A stretch of 64,000 bases of DNA, taken from assembly GCA_036524935.1 (NCBI GenBank), contig DATDBK010000080.1:17941-81940 (forward strand), in the 5' to 3' direction. The translations under genes and the position numbers were made by a program. Positions 1 through 10,634 of this stretch are shown in pieces (position 1 is the first letter of the stretch; the number at the start of each line of letters is the position of its first letter). The notes under the pieces were generated by a model. The model had not been told where the DNA came from, searched no databases, and saw nothing but the letters and a program-made list of their open reading frames with translations. Origin of the DNA: Lysobacter sp. (GTDB lineage: Bacteria; Pseudomonadota; Gammaproteobacteria; Xanthomonadales; Xanthomonadaceae).

Positions 1-351
1 CCGCGGCTTGAGCACCGTCACCGGCTGCGACAGGTCAAAGACGATGCGCGACGTGCCCGGGGCCGGCTGGCCGGTGCGAACCGAACGGACCACGCCCGCG
101 CTGGCGGGAAGCTTGAAATTCCGGGCCAGGGTCGATGCCGGCAGGTCCACGACCAGACGGTCCGGTCCCTTGAGGCTGATGACCTTGAACTCGCCGGCGC
201 CATCGAGGGCGATTTCGGCGCGGGTGCCGGTGGCGCCGGCACTGAGCTCCAAGCCTTTGATTTCACTGGCGTGAGCCAGATTCCAGGCGAGGGCAGCGAG
301 CAGCGCAATGCCGAGCAGAAACTTCTGGACGGTGGCGGCCTTTACGCGCAT
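1..351 (-). CDS. amiC: N-acetylmuramoyl-L-alanine amidase, N-terminal signal peptide + AMIN domain (partial, runs off left edge; not in ORF track)
   Basis: Manual translation from ATG at 351: MRVKAATVQKFLLGIALLAALAWNLAHASEIKGLEL...FKVISLKGPDRLVVDLP (AMIN-like 'PDRLVVD'); canonical position downstream of tsaE. Confidence 0.85.
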   Translation of the reverse strand, partial: MRVKAATVQKFLLGIALLAALAWNLAHASEIKGLELSAGATGTRAEIALDGAGEFKVISLKGPDRLVVDLPASTLARNFKLPASAGVVRSVRTGQPAPGTSRIVFDLSQPVTVLKPR

Positions 352-438
352 GGCCCGTAGTCAACCACCGGATCAAGGAATTTGCAAGCACTTTTCCCTT
401 ACGAATCCAAGACCTGCCGGACTTTCCTGTGAAACCAT

Positions 439-915
439 TCAGGAGTCCGCCGCAACCTCGTGCCGGACGGACAACCGGCCCAGCCATTCCTCCCCGACCG
501 CCGTCCCCGGCCGCAACCGGGCCCGCCGCCCCTGCCCGTGCATGGCCAGATCAACCGTGAGGTCGGGCCGCGGCAAGGCGCCGGTGCCACGTTCGGGCCA
601 TTCGACCAGCCACAACCGAACTTCGGCGCCGTCGAGCCCGAGGAATTCGAGTTCACCAGGATCGGCGATGCGATACAGATCCAGATGCCACGCTTCGCCA
701 CCGTCGGCGAGTGGATAGCGCTCGACGAGTGTGTAGGTCGGACTGCGGATCGAACCTTGCACACCCAGTGCGCGCAGCAACGCGCGTGCAAGTGTCGACT
801 TTCCCGCACCCAGGTCGCCATGCAGATGCACGACCGCATTCGCCGGTCGTGTCCGCGCAAGCTGCGCGCCGAGCGCATCGGTCGCATCGGCATTGGCCAA
901 CAGGATTTCATTCAT
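439..915 (-). CDS. tsaE: tRNA threonylcarbamoyladenosine biosynthesis ATPase TsaE
   Basis: LHGDLGAGKST Walker A, SPTYTLVE, HLDLYR, VEWPE motifs; start placed at MNEILL. Confidence 0.95.
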   Translation of the reverse strand: MNEILLANADATDALGAQLARTRPANAVVHLHGDLGAGKSTLARALLRALGVQGSIRSPTYTLVERYPLADGGEAWHLDLYRIADPGELEFLGLDGAEVRLWLVEWPERGTGALPRPDLTVDLAMHGQGRRARLRPGTAVGEEWLGRLSVRHEVAADS

Positions 916-942
916 CGCATCCACGCTCCCCTGCAACACGCA

Positions 943-2451
943 TCAACGCTCCGGATTGACGAAGTGGCGCAACCACGGCATCAGGTCGCTCGGCAACAAT
1001 CCACGCTCGCCGCCCTCGTGCGCGGCCGCATCGCCTGCTGCCGCGTGCAACAACGCGCCCGCGCCCGCCGCATCAAAAGCAGCAAGCCCCTGCGCACGCA
1101 ACGCAGCGATGACGCCGCTGAGCACATCGCCCATCCCACCCACGGCCATGCCGGGATTTCCTGCCGCGATCACGCGGGGTGTTTCGTGTGGTGCGGCGAC
1201 TATCGTGCCCGCGCCCTTGAGCACCACCACGCATGCATAGCGATCGCACAGCGCTCTGGCAGCAGCGAAGCGATCGCGCTGCACGTCGGCGGTGGTGGTG
1301 CCAAGCAGCCGCGCGGCTTCCCCCGGGTGCGGGGTCAACACCGCGTCTGCGGGCAATGCAAACGGATGCGTCGCCAGCAGGTTCAACGCATCGGCATCGA
1401 GCAGCAATGGCTTGGCACTGGCGACCGCGCGCTCGTAAAGACCGCGCCCCCAAGGGTGCTGGCCAAGGCCGGGGCCCAGCGCGATCGAGCCTGCGCGATC
1501 CAGCGCCGGTTGCAACGCTTCGGCATCGGCAACGTGATGCACCATCGCCTCGGGCACCCGCGCGAGCAGCGCGGTGACATGCTCGGCGCGCGTGGCGACC
1601 TCGACCAGCCCGGCGCCACTGCGCAGTGCAGCGTGTGCGCACAATACGATCGCGCCACCGCTTCCGAGTTCGCCACCGATGCACAGCACGCGTCCGTTGC
1701 TGCCCTTGTGGCTGTCGCGACGTCGCGGCGCCAGCCAGTGTGCCAGCGCCATCGGCATCAGCCGTTGCGCGTGCAACGCGATGCCATCGAAGCAGTCCGC
1801 GGGGATCTCAAGAGTCGCCAGCGTCAGCGCGCCGACGTGATCAAGCGCGGCGCCGGTGCGCAGACCGGCCTTGCTTGCCATGAACTCGACGGTGCGCGCG
1901 GCGACGACGGCGGCGCCCATGACGCAGCCGCGATCGGCATCGATGCCGCTCGGGACATCCAGCGCCAGTACCGGCGCGGCCTGCGCGTTGATCGCCGCGA
2001 TCAGCGACTGCGTCGGCTCGTCAGGCTCGCGCGACAGGCCGATGCCGAACAACGCATCGACCACCACATCGGCCGGCGGCAACGCGCCTTCGAACAATGC
2101 GACCGCGCCGCCGACGGCAAAGAAATCCTGTGCCGCGCGGCGGGCCAGATCGCCCCTCGGCGACTGGCCGGGCAGATGCACGACCTCGACCTGGCGGCCC
2201 GATTGGCGCGCATGCCGCGCCAGCACGTAGCCATCGCCGCCGTTGTTACCGGGCCCACAGACGACCACGACCCGCTGTGCCTGCGGCCAGTGCGTGAGCA
2301 GCTCGCGCCAGGCGGCCCGGCCGGCCCGCTCCATCAGCCCGAAGGCGTCGCCCAGCGCCTGCGCCGCCCGCGCTTCGACCGCGCGCAGGGCTGCGGCATC
2401 GTAGAGCGCGTCGGCGAACACGCCTGAAAGCGGCACGGCATCGTGTGGCAT
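943..2451 (-). CDS. nnr: Bifunctional NAD(P)H-hydrate epimerase/dehydratase (YjeF)
   Basis: GPGNNGGDG, DALFGIG, DVPSG, HKGSNG, TPHPGEAARL, GGMGDVLSG motifs. Confidence 0.95.
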   Translation of the reverse strand: MPHDAVPLSGVFADALYDAAALRAVEARAAQALGDAFGLMERAGRAAWRELLTHWPQAQRVVVVCGPGNNGGDGYVLARHARQSGRQVEVVHLPGQSPRGDLARRAAQDFFAVGGAVALFEGALPPADVVVDALFGIGLSREPDEPTQSLIAAINAQAAPVLALDVPSGIDADRGCVMGAAVVAARTVEFMASKAGLRTGAALDHVGALTLATLEIPADCFDGIALHAQRLMPMALAHWLAPRRRDSHKGSNGRVLCIGGELGSGGAIVLCAHAALRSGAGLVEVATRAEHVTALLARVPEAMVHHVADAEALQPALDRAGSIALGPGLGQHPWGRGLYERAVASAKPLLLDADALNLLATHPFALPADAVLTPHPGEAARLLGTTTADVQRDRFAAARALCDRYACVVVLKGAGTIVAAPHETPRVIAAGNPGMAVGGMGDVLSGVIAALRAQGLAAFDAAGAGALLHAAAGDAAAHEGGERGLLPSDLMPWLRHFVNPER

Positions 2452-2475
2452 CACGTGATTCTATACTTGTGCATC

Positions 2476-3567
2476 GTGAAGTCCCCCGCCGCCCCGTTGT
2501 CCACCCTGCCCGTCGCGACGCCCGACCATGCCGCGCTCGCCGAGCGCGTGCGCGATCTGGCGCGCGAGTTCGGTTTCCAGCGCTGTGGAATCACCGACAT
2601 CGAACTGGGCCAGGACGAAGCGCACCTGCGCGACTGGCTCGCGCAGGGCCTGTACGGTTCGATGGACTGGATGGCACGCCACGGCGACCTGCGCGCACGC
2701 CCCGACGAACTCCACCCGGGCACGGTGCGGGTGATCTCGGTCGGACTCGACTACGGCCGCGACGGCGACGAGGCGTGGGCCACGCTGGACGACAGCGAGC
2801 GCGCCTACGTCGCCCGCTACGCATTGGGCCGCGACTACCACAAGCTGATGCGCCAGCGTCTGCAACGCCTCGCCGACCGCATCGCCGAAGAGGTGGGTCC
2901 GTTCGGCCATCGCGTCTTCGTCGACTCGGCGCCGGTGCTCGAACGCGCGCTCGCCCGCAACGCCGGCCTGGGCTGGATCGGCAAGCACACCTGCCTGATC
3001 GACAAGGACGGCGGTTCGTTCTTCTTCCTCGGCGAAATCTACGTCGACCTGCCCTTGCCGATCGACACGCCGGCCAGCGCGCACTGCGGTACCTGCCGCA
3101 AATGCATCGACATCTGCCCGACACAGGCCATCATCGCGCCGTACCGGCTCGACGCGCGTCGCTGCATCGCCTACCTCACCATCGAGCATGAAGGGTCGAT
3201 TCCCGAGGAGCTGCGCCCGCCCATCGGCAACCGCATCTTCGGCTGCGACGACTGCCAGCTCATCTGCCCCTGGAACAAGTTCGCCAAGCGCACCGACGAG
3301 GCCGACTTCCGCGCGCGCAACGACCTCGACAAGGCGTCGCTGCTGCAGCTGTTCGCATGGGACGAAGCGGAGTTCCTGCAACGGACCGAAGGCACTGCCA
3401 TCCGCCGCAGCGGGCACGAGCGCTGGCTGCGCAACATCGCGGTCGCACTGGGAAATGCGCGCACCAGCCCGGAGCTGATCGCCGCACTGAAGGCGCGGCG
3501 CGAAACGTCGAGCCCGATGGTGCGCGAACACATCGAATGGGCGCTGCGGCGGCATCACGCCGCCTGA
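2476..3567 (+). CDS. queG: Epoxyqueuosine reductase QueG
   Basis: YALGRDYH, VDSAPVLE, CGTCRKCIDICP and GCDDCQLICPWN Fe-S motifs; start codon uncertain. Confidence 0.95.
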   Translation: MKSPAAPLSTLPVATPDHAALAERVRDLAREFGFQRCGITDIELGQDEAHLRDWLAQGLYGSMDWMARHGDLRARPDELHPGTVRVISVGLDYGRDGDEAWATLDDSERAYVARYALGRDYHKLMRQRLQRLADRIAEEVGPFGHRVFVDSAPVLERALARNAGLGWIGKHTCLIDKDGGSFFFLGEIYVDLPLPIDTPASAHCGTCRKCIDICPTQAIIAPYRLDARRCIAYLTIEHEGSIPEELRPPIGNRIFGCDDCQLICPWNKFAKRTDEADFRARNDLDKASLLQLFAWDEAEFLQRTEGTAIRRSGHERWLRNIAVALGNARTSPELIAALKARRETSSPMVREHIEWALRRHHAA

Positions 3568-3581
3568 GCGCCGATCGGCCC

Positions 3582-5090
3582 CTAGCGCAATTGCGCCAGC
3601 AACTCCCGGGTCACCGGATCATCGGCCTGTGCATCCCCGGCCAGCGCCGGCAGCAGGCGGCTGGCGACCTGCTTGCCCAGTTCCACGCCGAACTGGTCGA
3701 AGGCGTTGATGCCCCAGATCACCGACTGCAGGTACACGCTGTGCTCGTACAGCGCGAGCAGCGCGCCAAACGACTGCGGCGTCAACGCATCGAGCAGGAT
3801 CATCGTGCTCGGGCGGCCACCGGCGTACGCGCGGTGCGGGTCGTCGCTGGCCTGGCCGTTGGCGAAGGCTTCGGTCTGCGCCAGCAGGTTGGCCTGCAGC
3901 GCGCGATGGTTGTCCGGGTACGGCGCATCGGAGCGGACCACGCCGATGAAGTCGGCCGGAACGATCGACGTGCCCTGGTGCAGCGCCTGGAAGAAGCTGT
4001 GCTGGGTGTCGGTGCCGGCACCGCCCCACCACACCGGCACGGTGTCGACGGTGACCGCCGAGCCATCGGTGCGCACCGACTTGCCCAGGCTTTCCATCAC
4101 CAGCTGCTGCAGGTAATTCGACAGCAGCTTCAGGCGCTCGTCGTAGGCGAGCACGGCCTGCGTGGCGTAGCCGAGGGCGTTGCGGTTCCAGATCGCGGTC
4201 AACGCATGCCACGCCGCGAGGTTCTGCGGCAACGGCGTATCGAGGACATGCGCGTCCATCTGCGAAGCACCGTCGAGCATCGCTTCGAAGGCGTCCATGC
4301 CGATCGCCAGCGCGATCGGAAAACCGACGGCGGACCACAGCGAGTAGCGACCACCGACCCAGTCCCACATCGGCAGGATGCGTTCGGGCGGAATGGCAAA
4401 TGCCTCGGCCGCGCGCTCGACGTTCGCCGAGACCGCGTACAGGCGTTCGGTGCCGCCCAGCCAGTCGCGCAGGATCGCGCCGTTGAGCAGCGTCTCCTGC
4501 GTGCCGAAGGTCTTGGAGATCAGCACCGCGGCCGTGCAGCGCGGATCGAGGCCGGCAAGCACGCGCTGGGCGGCGTGGCCGTCGACATTGGAAAGGAAAT
4601 GGACGCGGAAGCGCCCCGGCGCGGCGCCGGTGAGCGCATCGACTGCCAGGCGCGGGCCAAGGTCGGAACCGCCGATGCCGACGCTGACGATGTCGGTGAC
4701 ATCGCTCGCCGCCAGTGCATCTACCAGCGCGCGCATGCGGGTGCGTGCCTCCAGCGCCTGCGCGTGCGCGGCTCGCGCCACCGGCGACGACGACACGTCG
4801 CCGCGCAGCGCGGTGTGCAGCACGCTGCGGCCTTCGGTCAGGTTGATCTTCTCGCCGTCGAACAGCGCCTGCAGCTTCTGCCGCACACCGGCCTGCTCGG
4901 CCAGTTCGAACAGCGCCGCGAGCGCGTCGCGGTCGTAGTGCTGGCGGGCGAAGTTGGCATACAGCGGACCAACGCGCAGGGCGAATGCCTGCGCGCGCGC
5001 CGGGTCGGCGGCGACGAGATCCTTCAGCGGGGTCTGGATGACGCGCCCTGCCTGGGCGCGAAGACGGCTCAGACGGGCATCGGCATCCAT
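3582..5090 (-). CDS. pgi: Glucose-6-phosphate isomerase
   Basis: [48 protein letters not shown]; start MDADAR just after panD stop. Confidence 0.95.
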   Translation of the reverse strand: MDADARLSRLRAQAGRVIQTPLKDLVAADPARAQAFALRVGPLYANFARQHYDRDALAALFELAEQAGVRQKLQALFDGEKINLTEGRSVLHTALRGDVSSSPVARAAHAQALEARTRMRALVDALAASDVTDIVSVGIGGSDLGPRLAVDALTGAAPGRFRVHFLSNVDGHAAQRVLAGLDPRCTAAVLISKTFGTQETLLNGAILRDWLGGTERLYAVSANVERAAEAFAIPPERILPMWDWVGGRYSLWSAVGFPIALAIGMDAFEAMLDGASQMDAHVLDTPLPQNLAAWHALTAIWNRNALGYATQAVLAYDERLKLLSNYLQQLVMESLGKSVRTDGSAVTVDTVPVWWGGAGTDTQHSFFQALHQGTSIVPADFIGVVRSDAPYPDNHRALQANLLAQTEAFANGQASDDPHRAYAGGRPSTMILLDALTPQSFGALLALYEHSVYLQSVIWGINAFDQFGVELGKQVASRLLPALAGDAQADDPVTRELLAQLR

Positions 5091-5095
5091 GCGGC

Positions 5096-5476
5096 TCAGG
5101 CTGCCTGGGCCGGCATCGAACGGTTGGTGTGCGTCAGCGCGTTGTGGCGATCGACGTACACCAGGGTCGGCTTGTACTTGGCTGCCTCGGCCTCGTCGCA
5201 GACGCCGTAGGCGCAGATGATCACCAGGTCGCCGGGCTGCGCGCAGTGGGCGGCGGCACCGTTGACCGAGATCACGCCGCTGCCCTCTTCGCCGCGGATG
5301 GCGTAGGTGACGAAGCGCTGGCCGTTGTTGACGTTGTAGATGTGGATCTGCTCGTACTCGCGGATACCCGAGATGTCGAGCAGGCGCCCGTCGATCGCGC
5401 ACGAACCTTCGTAGTGAAGCTCGGCGTGGGTCACGGTGGCGCGGTGGATCTTGGCCTTGAGTACGTTCAGCTGCAT
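5096..5476 (-). CDS. panD: Aspartate 1-decarboxylase
   Basis: [14 protein letters not shown] (Gly-Ser autocleavage site), NGAAA. Confidence 0.97.
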   Translation of the reverse strand: MQLNVLKAKIHRATVTHAELHYEGSCAIDGRLLDISGIREYEQIHIYNVNNGQRFVTYAIRGEEGSGVISVNGAAAHCAQPGDLVIICAYGVCDEAEAAKYKPTLVYVDRHNALTHTNRSMPAQAA

Positions 5477-5610
5477 GTGTATGGCTCCGGCCGCGGGCAT
5501 GCGGACGCGTCAGACCGCAAGTCTAGCAGCGCATGGCGCAGTGCAACATCTCCCGGACCACCGGATTGGCACCGCCGGTGGAACGGTTCAGATCGCCGGG
5601 GACGGCAGTC

Positions 5611-6537
5611 TCAGGCCTCGAATTCGAGGTTGTCGATGAGCCGCGTCCGGCCCAGCCGGGCCGCGATCAGGGCGACCTGGGTGCCGCCCTCGCCGTCGGC
5701 CGGATCGGTCAGGTCCTGGCGCCGGACAACGGCGTAGTCAGGAACGAAACCTTCCGCCTCGAGGCGCTTGATCGCCTCCGCTTCGACCGACGCGCGCGGC
5801 GTGCCGGCGGCGACGGCATCGCGCATCGCCAGCAGGCAGCGATGGATCGCCGCCGCACGGACGCGCTCGTCCGCGGACAGGTACTGGTTGCGCGAACTCA
5901 TCGCCAGGCCACTGTCCTCGCGGACGATGGCGGCGCCGACCAGCTCGATCGGGAACGCCAGGTCGCGGACCATGTAGCGGATCACCGCCAGCTGCTGGTA
6001 ATCCTTGCTGCCGAACACGGCGACGTGCGGCTGGATCTGGTTGAACAGGCGCGCGACCACCGTGGCGACACCATCGAAATGGCCCGGGCGGTGCGCGCCT
6101 TCGAGCGTCGTGGTGATGCCCGGCACCTGCACGCGCACGTTCGCCTCGACGCCATAGGGGTACATCGTCTCCACCTCGGGCAACCACATCACGTCGCAAC
6201 CGGCCGAATCCAGCCCGCGTGCATCGGCGTCGGGCGTGCGCGGGTACTGGGCGAAGTCCTCGTTGGGGCCGAACTGGGTCGGGTTGACGAACACGCTGGC
6301 GACGACGCGATCGGCATGCTGGCGCGCCAGGCGCACCAGCGAGAAATGACCGTCGTGCAGGTTGCCCATGGTCGGCACGAGGGCGACGCGCAGTCCGTCG
6401 CGACGCCACTCCTCGACCCGCGCGCGCAGCGCGGCAAGCTCGGTGACGGTCTCGATCCTGGCGTTTTTTCCGGGACGTGGCTTGCGGAGGCTGGCGGCAT
6501 GCTCGCCGGGAGTTACGGGAGTGCGGCGGTCAGGCAT
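5611..6537 (-). CDS. panC: Pantoate-beta-alanine ligase
   Basis: [42 protein letters not shown]; start uncertain. Confidence 0.95.
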   Translation of the reverse strand: MPDRRTPVTPGEHAASLRKPRPGKNARIETVTELAALRARVEEWRRDGLRVALVPTMGNLHDGHFSLVRLARQHADRVVASVFVNPTQFGPNEDFAQYPRTPDADARGLDSAGCDVMWLPEVETMYPYGVEANVRVQVPGITTTLEGAHRPGHFDGVATVVARLFNQIQPHVAVFGSKDYQQLAVIRYMVRDLAFPIELVGAAIVREDSGLAMSSRNQYLSADERVRAAAIHRCLLAMRDAVAAGTPRASVEAEAIKRLEAEGFVPDYAVVRRQDLTDPADGEGGTQVALIAARLGRTRLIDNLEFEA

Positions 6538-7348
6538 AGGAGTGTTCGGCGTCCGGGAAGCTGCCGTCGCGAACGGCCTGGGCAAATGATTGGACAGCGC
6601 CCGCTACCGAGCCGCCCTCGGCGAGGAAGTCCTTGACGAACCGCGGCCTGCGATGGCCCGAGTTCAGGCCGAGCAGGTCGTGCAGCACCAGCACCTGGCC
6701 ATCGCATTGCGGGCCGGCGCCGATGCCGATGGTGGGAATGGCCAGGTCGGCGGTGATCGCGGCGGCGACCGGCGTCGGCACGCATTCGAGCACCAGCAGG
6801 CTGGCGCCGGCCTCGGCCACGGCGCGCGCATCGGCGCGCAGGCGGGCGGCGGCGGCTTCGTCGCGACCCTGGACCTTGTAGCCACCCAGGCGCAGGACCG
6901 ACTGCGGAGTCAGGCCGAGGTGGGCGCAGACCGGAATCTCGCGCTCGACCAGGAAGCGGATGACGTCGAGCTTGTGCCCGGCCCCTTCCAGCTTGACCAT
7001 CGCCGCACCGGCCTGCAGCAGCTGCACCGAGGCGTCGAGCGCGCGCTCGGGCGTGGCATCGGCCTGGAACGGCAGGTCGGAGATCAGCAGGGCCTTGTCG
7101 AGGCCGCGGGCGACGCAGGCGGTGTGGTAGGTGACGTCGGCGGTGGTCACCGGCAACGTGCTGCCGTGCCCCTGGACGACCATTCCAAGTGAATCGCCGA
7201 CCAGCACCAGGTCGACGCCCGCGGCGTCCATGGTGCGGGCGAAACCAGCGTCGTAGCAGGTGAGCATCACCAGCCGGCGGCCGTCGCGCTTGGCGTCGGC
7301 CAGGGCCGGCACGGTCCAGGGCTTGTCGTTCGGGGTTCCGCTGTACAT
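6530..7348 (-). CDS. panB: 3-methyl-2-oxobutanoate hydroxymethyltransferase
   Basis: [32 protein letters not shown]. Confidence 0.97.
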   Translation of the reverse strand: MYSGTPNDKPWTVPALADAKRDGRRLVMLTCYDAGFARTMDAAGVDLVLVGDSLGMVVQGHGSTLPVTTADVTYHTACVARGLDKALLISDLPFQADATPERALDASVQLLQAGAAMVKLEGAGHKLDVIRFLVEREIPVCAHLGLTPQSVLRLGGYKVQGRDEAAAARLRADARAVAEAGASLLVLECVPTPVAAAITADLAIPTIGIGAGPQCDGQVLVLHDLLGLNSGHRRPRFVKDFLAEGGSVAGAVQSFAQAVRDGSFPDAEHSYA

Positions 7349-7435
7349 GGCGTGGGTACCGGTTATCGACCCGGGTCAGACCCGAGCGGGCAACAGCCCG
7401 AGGGGGGCAATAGCGGAAGCAAGCCGGTGCGCTGG

Positions 7436-7951
7436 CTAGGGGAGATCGTGGGGTGAGCCCGCATACGTTACCGCCTCGAGCTCCCCCGGTTCCATCTTCG
7501 CCAGCGCCGCGTGCGCCGGGCCGACCCCGGGGATCACCACGTCAGGGGCGATTTCGAGCAGCGGCACCAGTGCGAAGGCGCGCTCGTGCAGGTGTGGATG
7601 CGGGACGCGCAGGCCCGGTTCGCTGACTTCGGCGTCGCCGAACAGCAGCAGGTCCAGGTCGAGCGTGCGCGGGCCCCAGCGGTCGCTGCCGTCGGCCTGG
7701 CGCTCACGCCCGGCGTCGCGCTCGATGGCGAGCAGATCGGCGAGCAGTTGCTGCGGTGTGTGCCGGGTTGCCAGCATCGCCACGGCGTTGATGAAGTCGG
7801 GCTGGGCAGTGACGCCCCACGCCGGAGTGCGGTAAAGGCTGGATGCCCGCAGCAGGCGGCTGCCGTCGAGCGCGCCGAGCGCGGCGATGGCCGCGCGCAG
7901 GGTGGCGACGCCGTCGCCCAGGTTGCTGCCCAGGCCGACGAACGCGGTCAC
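7436..7951 (-). CDS. folK: 2-amino-4-hydroxy-6-hydroxymethyldihydropteridine diphosphokinase
   Basis: GLGSNLG, RWGPRTLDLDLL, PHP..HERAF; GTG start inferred. Confidence 0.93.
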   Translation of the reverse strand: MTAFVGLGSNLGDGVATLRAAIAALGALDGSRLLRASSLYRTPAWGVTAQPDFINAVAMLATRHTPQQLLADLLAIERDAGRERQADGSDRWGPRTLDLDLLLFGDAEVSEPGLRVPHPHLHERAFALVPLLEIAPDVVIPGVGPAHAALAKMEPGELEAVTYAGSPHDLP

Positions 7952-8009
7952 TTCAAGCTGTTCACGTCCCAGATTCAGGCTCACTGCCGGGCGCCCCGCC
8001 CTGCCCGCG

Positions 8010-9344
8010 TCATTCCGGGCTGGCGGCGGGCTTGCGGCGACGGCGGCGACGCTTGCGCTGCGGCTCGTCGTCATCGGCCTGCGCGGCGCGCTCGGTCTCC
8101 AGTTGCGCGATCGCCAGGGCATCGCCCGGATTGTCCTGCGCCTCGCGCCAGAACGCGACGTCGTCCGCATGCTCGTCCGACGCCGTCAGGCGAAGGCCGA
8201 GGAAATCGAACGCGGCACGGAAACGCGGATGGGCAAGCGTGCGGAACACGCGCTTGCGCTGGCGCATCGAGAAGCGCGACTGCAGCAGCCAGATCTCCTG
8301 CATCGGCAGCGAGAACCGGCGCGGCAAAGCGATGGTCTCGAGCTGGTGCACGGTGACGCGGTCGGCGGCGCGTCGCTGCGCCTCGGCCGTGTGCACGCCC
8401 TGCGCCTGCAACGCCATCAGCGCGCGGCAATAGGCCGGCCACAGCAGCAGTGCGAACAGGAACGCCGGCGACACCGGCTCGTCGTTGGCGACGCGCGCGT
8501 CGGTGTTCTTGAGGCCTTCCAGCACCATGTTCCGCAGCGCACCGCTGCGGTTGGACTTGAGCGCCGCGGCGGTCTCCGGCAGCAGCGCCGGCAGCAGGCC
8601 GTGCCGCTCCAGTCCGAGGAAGCTCTTGACCGCGTTGCCGGAGAGGAACAGCTTCAGGCATTCCTCGAACAGGCGCGCCGGTGCCGATTCGCGCAGCAGC
8701 GGCGCAAGCACCGGGATCGGGGCTGCAGTGGCAGGTTCGATCTCGAAGTCGAGCTTAGCCGCAAGGCGCACCGCGCGCAGCATGCGCACCGGGTCTTCGC
8801 GGTAACGGGTCTCCGGGTCGCCAATCAACCGCATCAGGCGATTGCGCACGTCTTCGAAGCCACCGACATAATCGCGCACCGAGAAATCCTCGATCGCGTA
8901 GTACAGCGCGTTGGCGGTGAAGTCGCGACGGACTGCGTCGTCCTCGATGGTGCCGTAGACGTTGTCGCGCAGCAGGCGCCCGCCTTCGTGCAGCTCGCGG
9001 TCGCCGCTGCCGTCGTCGATGTTGGCGCGGAAGGTCGCCACTTCGATGATCTCGCGTCCGTAGACCACGTGCGCCAGGCGGAAGCGACGGCCAATCAGGC
9101 GGCAGTTGCGGAACAGCCCCTTGACCTCTTCCGGCGTGGCGTTGGTGGCGACGTCGAAATCCTTGGGGTGGCCGCCGATCAGTAGGTCGCGCACCGCGCC
9201 GCCGACGAGGTAGGCGGCAAAGCCACCCTCGCGCAGGCGATACAACACGCGCAGGGCATTGGGGCTGATGTCCCGGCGCGACACGTTGTGCTGGTCACGC
9301 GGAATGGTTTGCAGCCGGAGCTGGATTTGGGTATCGGGTTGCAT
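8010..9344 (-). CDS. pcnB: Poly(A) polymerase I
   Basis: LVGGAVRDLL, PKDFDVAT, LIGRRFRLAHV (PAP signature), RRDFTAN, EDPVRMLRA, Arg-rich C-terminus. Confidence 0.95.
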   Translation of the reverse strand: MQPDTQIQLRLQTIPRDQHNVSRRDISPNALRVLYRLREGGFAAYLVGGAVRDLLIGGHPKDFDVATNATPEEVKGLFRNCRLIGRRFRLAHVVYGREIIEVATFRANIDDGSGDRELHEGGRLLRDNVYGTIEDDAVRRDFTANALYYAIEDFSVRDYVGGFEDVRNRLMRLIGDPETRYREDPVRMLRAVRLAAKLDFEIEPATAAPIPVLAPLLRESAPARLFEECLKLFLSGNAVKSFLGLERHGLLPALLPETAAALKSNRSGALRNMVLEGLKNTDARVANDEPVSPAFLFALLLWPAYCRALMALQAQGVHTAEAQRRAADRVTVHQLETIALPRRFSLPMQEIWLLQSRFSMRQRKRVFRTLAHPRFRAAFDFLGLRLTASDEHADDVAFWREAQDNPGDALAIAQLETERAAQADDDEPQRKRRRRRRKPAASPE

Positions 9345-9488
9345 CGAGCGGGGTTGCCGCAGTCCATTTTTTAGGGTGGGAGGCCATTGCCGAGGGCAGC
9401 GGCGCCGCATATACTAGCAAGCCGCGCTGCGTTGAGAGCCTAGCGCCGGGGTTAAGGGGTCAAGGCCCACATCAAAACCGCTTCATCC

Positions 9489-9564
9489 GCACCCTTCGTC
9501 TAGAGGCCTAGGACGGTGCCCTCTCAAGGCATCAACACGGGTTCGAATCCCGTAGGGTGTACCA
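9489..9564 (+). tRNA. tRNA-Glu (anticodon CTC)
   Basis: GCACCCT...AGGGTGT acceptor stem, anticodon arm GTGCC-CTCTCAA-GGCAT, GGTTCGAATCC T-loop, encoded CCA end, 76 nt. Confidence 0.95.
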
Positions 9565-9570
9565 ATTCTG

Positions 9571-9604
9571 AAAGCCCGTGCAGAAATGCGCGGGCTTTTT
9601 CTTT
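9571..9604 (+). terminator. Rho-independent terminator after tRNA-Glu
   Basis: AAAGCCCGTGCA-GAAA-TGCGCGGGCTTTTTCTTT hairpin with T-tract. Confidence 0.85.
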
Positions 9605-9626
9605 GGGCCCCACCCCCGCGTCGGCT

Positions 9627-9656
9627 CCCCGGGTGCGCTTCGCTTACCCGGGCTAC
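9627..9656 (-). repeat. REP-like palindrome, GTAG family
   Basis: Reverse complement GTAGCCCGGGTAAGCGAAGCGCACCCGGGG; near-identical copies at 22690-22825. Confidence 0.8.
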
Positions 9657-9731
9657 GGGCTACGCGAATCGTTACAATACGCGGTGCCCCCCGGGCCATT
9701 ACGGGGCCCTTCATTTCACGGAACCATCGCC

Positions 9732-10055
9732 ATGCCCTTCGTCGTCACCGAGAACTGCATCAAGTGCAAGTACACCGACTGCGTCGAGGTGTGCCCGGTC
9801 GACTGTTTCCACGAGGGCCCGAATTTCCTGGTGATCGACCCCGACGAATGCATCGACTGCACCCTGTGCGAGCCGGAGTGCCCGATCAACGCGATCTACC
9901 CCGAAGACGACGTGCCGGCCGGCCAGGAGGCATTCGTCGCCCTCAACGCCGAACTGGCCAAGGCCTGGCCGGTCATCACCACCCGCAAGGACGGCCTGGC
10001 CGACGCCAAGGAATGGGAAGGCAAGCCGGGCAAGCTGGACATGCTCGAGCGCTGA
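9732..10055 (+). CDS. fdxA: 7Fe ferredoxin FdxA
   Basis: [26 protein letters not shown]...[12 protein letters not shown], 107 aa. Confidence 0.96.
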   Translation: MPFVVTENCIKCKYTDCVEVCPVDCFHEGPNFLVIDPDECIDCTLCEPECPINAIYPEDDVPAGQEAFVALNAELAKAWPVITTRKDGLADAKEWEGKPGKLDMLER

Positions 10056-10069
10056 AACCTCTGCCACAC

Positions 10070-10108
10070 AAACAAAAACGGGCGCCCAAGGGCGCCCGTT
10101 TTCGTTTA
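10070..10108. terminator. Bidirectional terminator between convergent fdxA and lipoprotein gene
   Basis: AAAACGGGCGCCC-AA-GGGCGCCCGTTTT inverted repeat with A/T tracts on both sides. Confidence 0.85.
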
Positions 10109-10122
10109 CCCGCGGCGATCGT

Positions 10123-10617
10123 TCAGCGACCGACCAGCGCGGTGCGCAGCGTGTCGATCAGCTTCTTCGGTGCGTCGCCGGTGGCCGGCACGCCGCGCGG
10201 ATCGACTGCGGCGATATAGGCGCCGACATCGGCACCGGCCACGCGCACGAGGAAGTTGCTGCCTTCGTAGTTGACGTCGTAGACACCCATCGCCTGGGCG
10301 CTGCTGGTGATCGTCGCGCCTTCGACCGCGGCCAGCGCGGTGCCGACCTTGGCGAACACTTCGTCGCGGGTGCCCGGCATGGTGAAGCCGACGCCGGCGT
10401 CCTTGCTGCCCAGCGCCGTGGCAGGCGTCGGCACGTTGACGGCGGTATCGGTGCGCGGCGCATCGAGATCCGGCGGCACTTCCAGCGGGCGCATTTCCGG
10501 CGCCTGTGCATACAGGCTATCGCCCTTGCGGAACCAGCTGCAGCCGGAGCCGGCGGCGACGGCGGCCAACACCACAGTGGCGACGGCGACGCGGGACATC
10601 GAAACATTGGAACTCAT
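10123..10617 (-). CDS. Lipoprotein downstream of dapA (short NlpB/BamC-like)
   Basis: Lipobox-like SGCSWF after a hydrophobic signal, PLEVPPDL motif, dapA-nlpB synteny. Confidence 0.75.
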   Translation of the reverse strand: MSSNVSMSRVAVATVVLAAVAAGSGCSWFRKGDSLYAQAPEMRPLEVPPDLDAPRTDTAVNVPTPATALGSKDAGVGFTMPGTRDEVFAKVGTALAAVEGATITSSAQAMGVYDVNYEGSNFLVRVAGADVGAYIAAVDPRGVPATGDAPKKLIDTLRTALVGR

Positions 10618-10634
10618 GTATTTCTCCTGCAGGG

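Noticed and set aside
3582-5402. 606-aa Pgi with N-terminal extension
   Set aside because: The extension overlaps panD out of frame; the real start is at 5090.
9489-9730. tRNA-Glu as an integration site for an island
   Set aside because: No integrase is present, I saw no duplicated tRNA 3' end, and the flanks are core genes.
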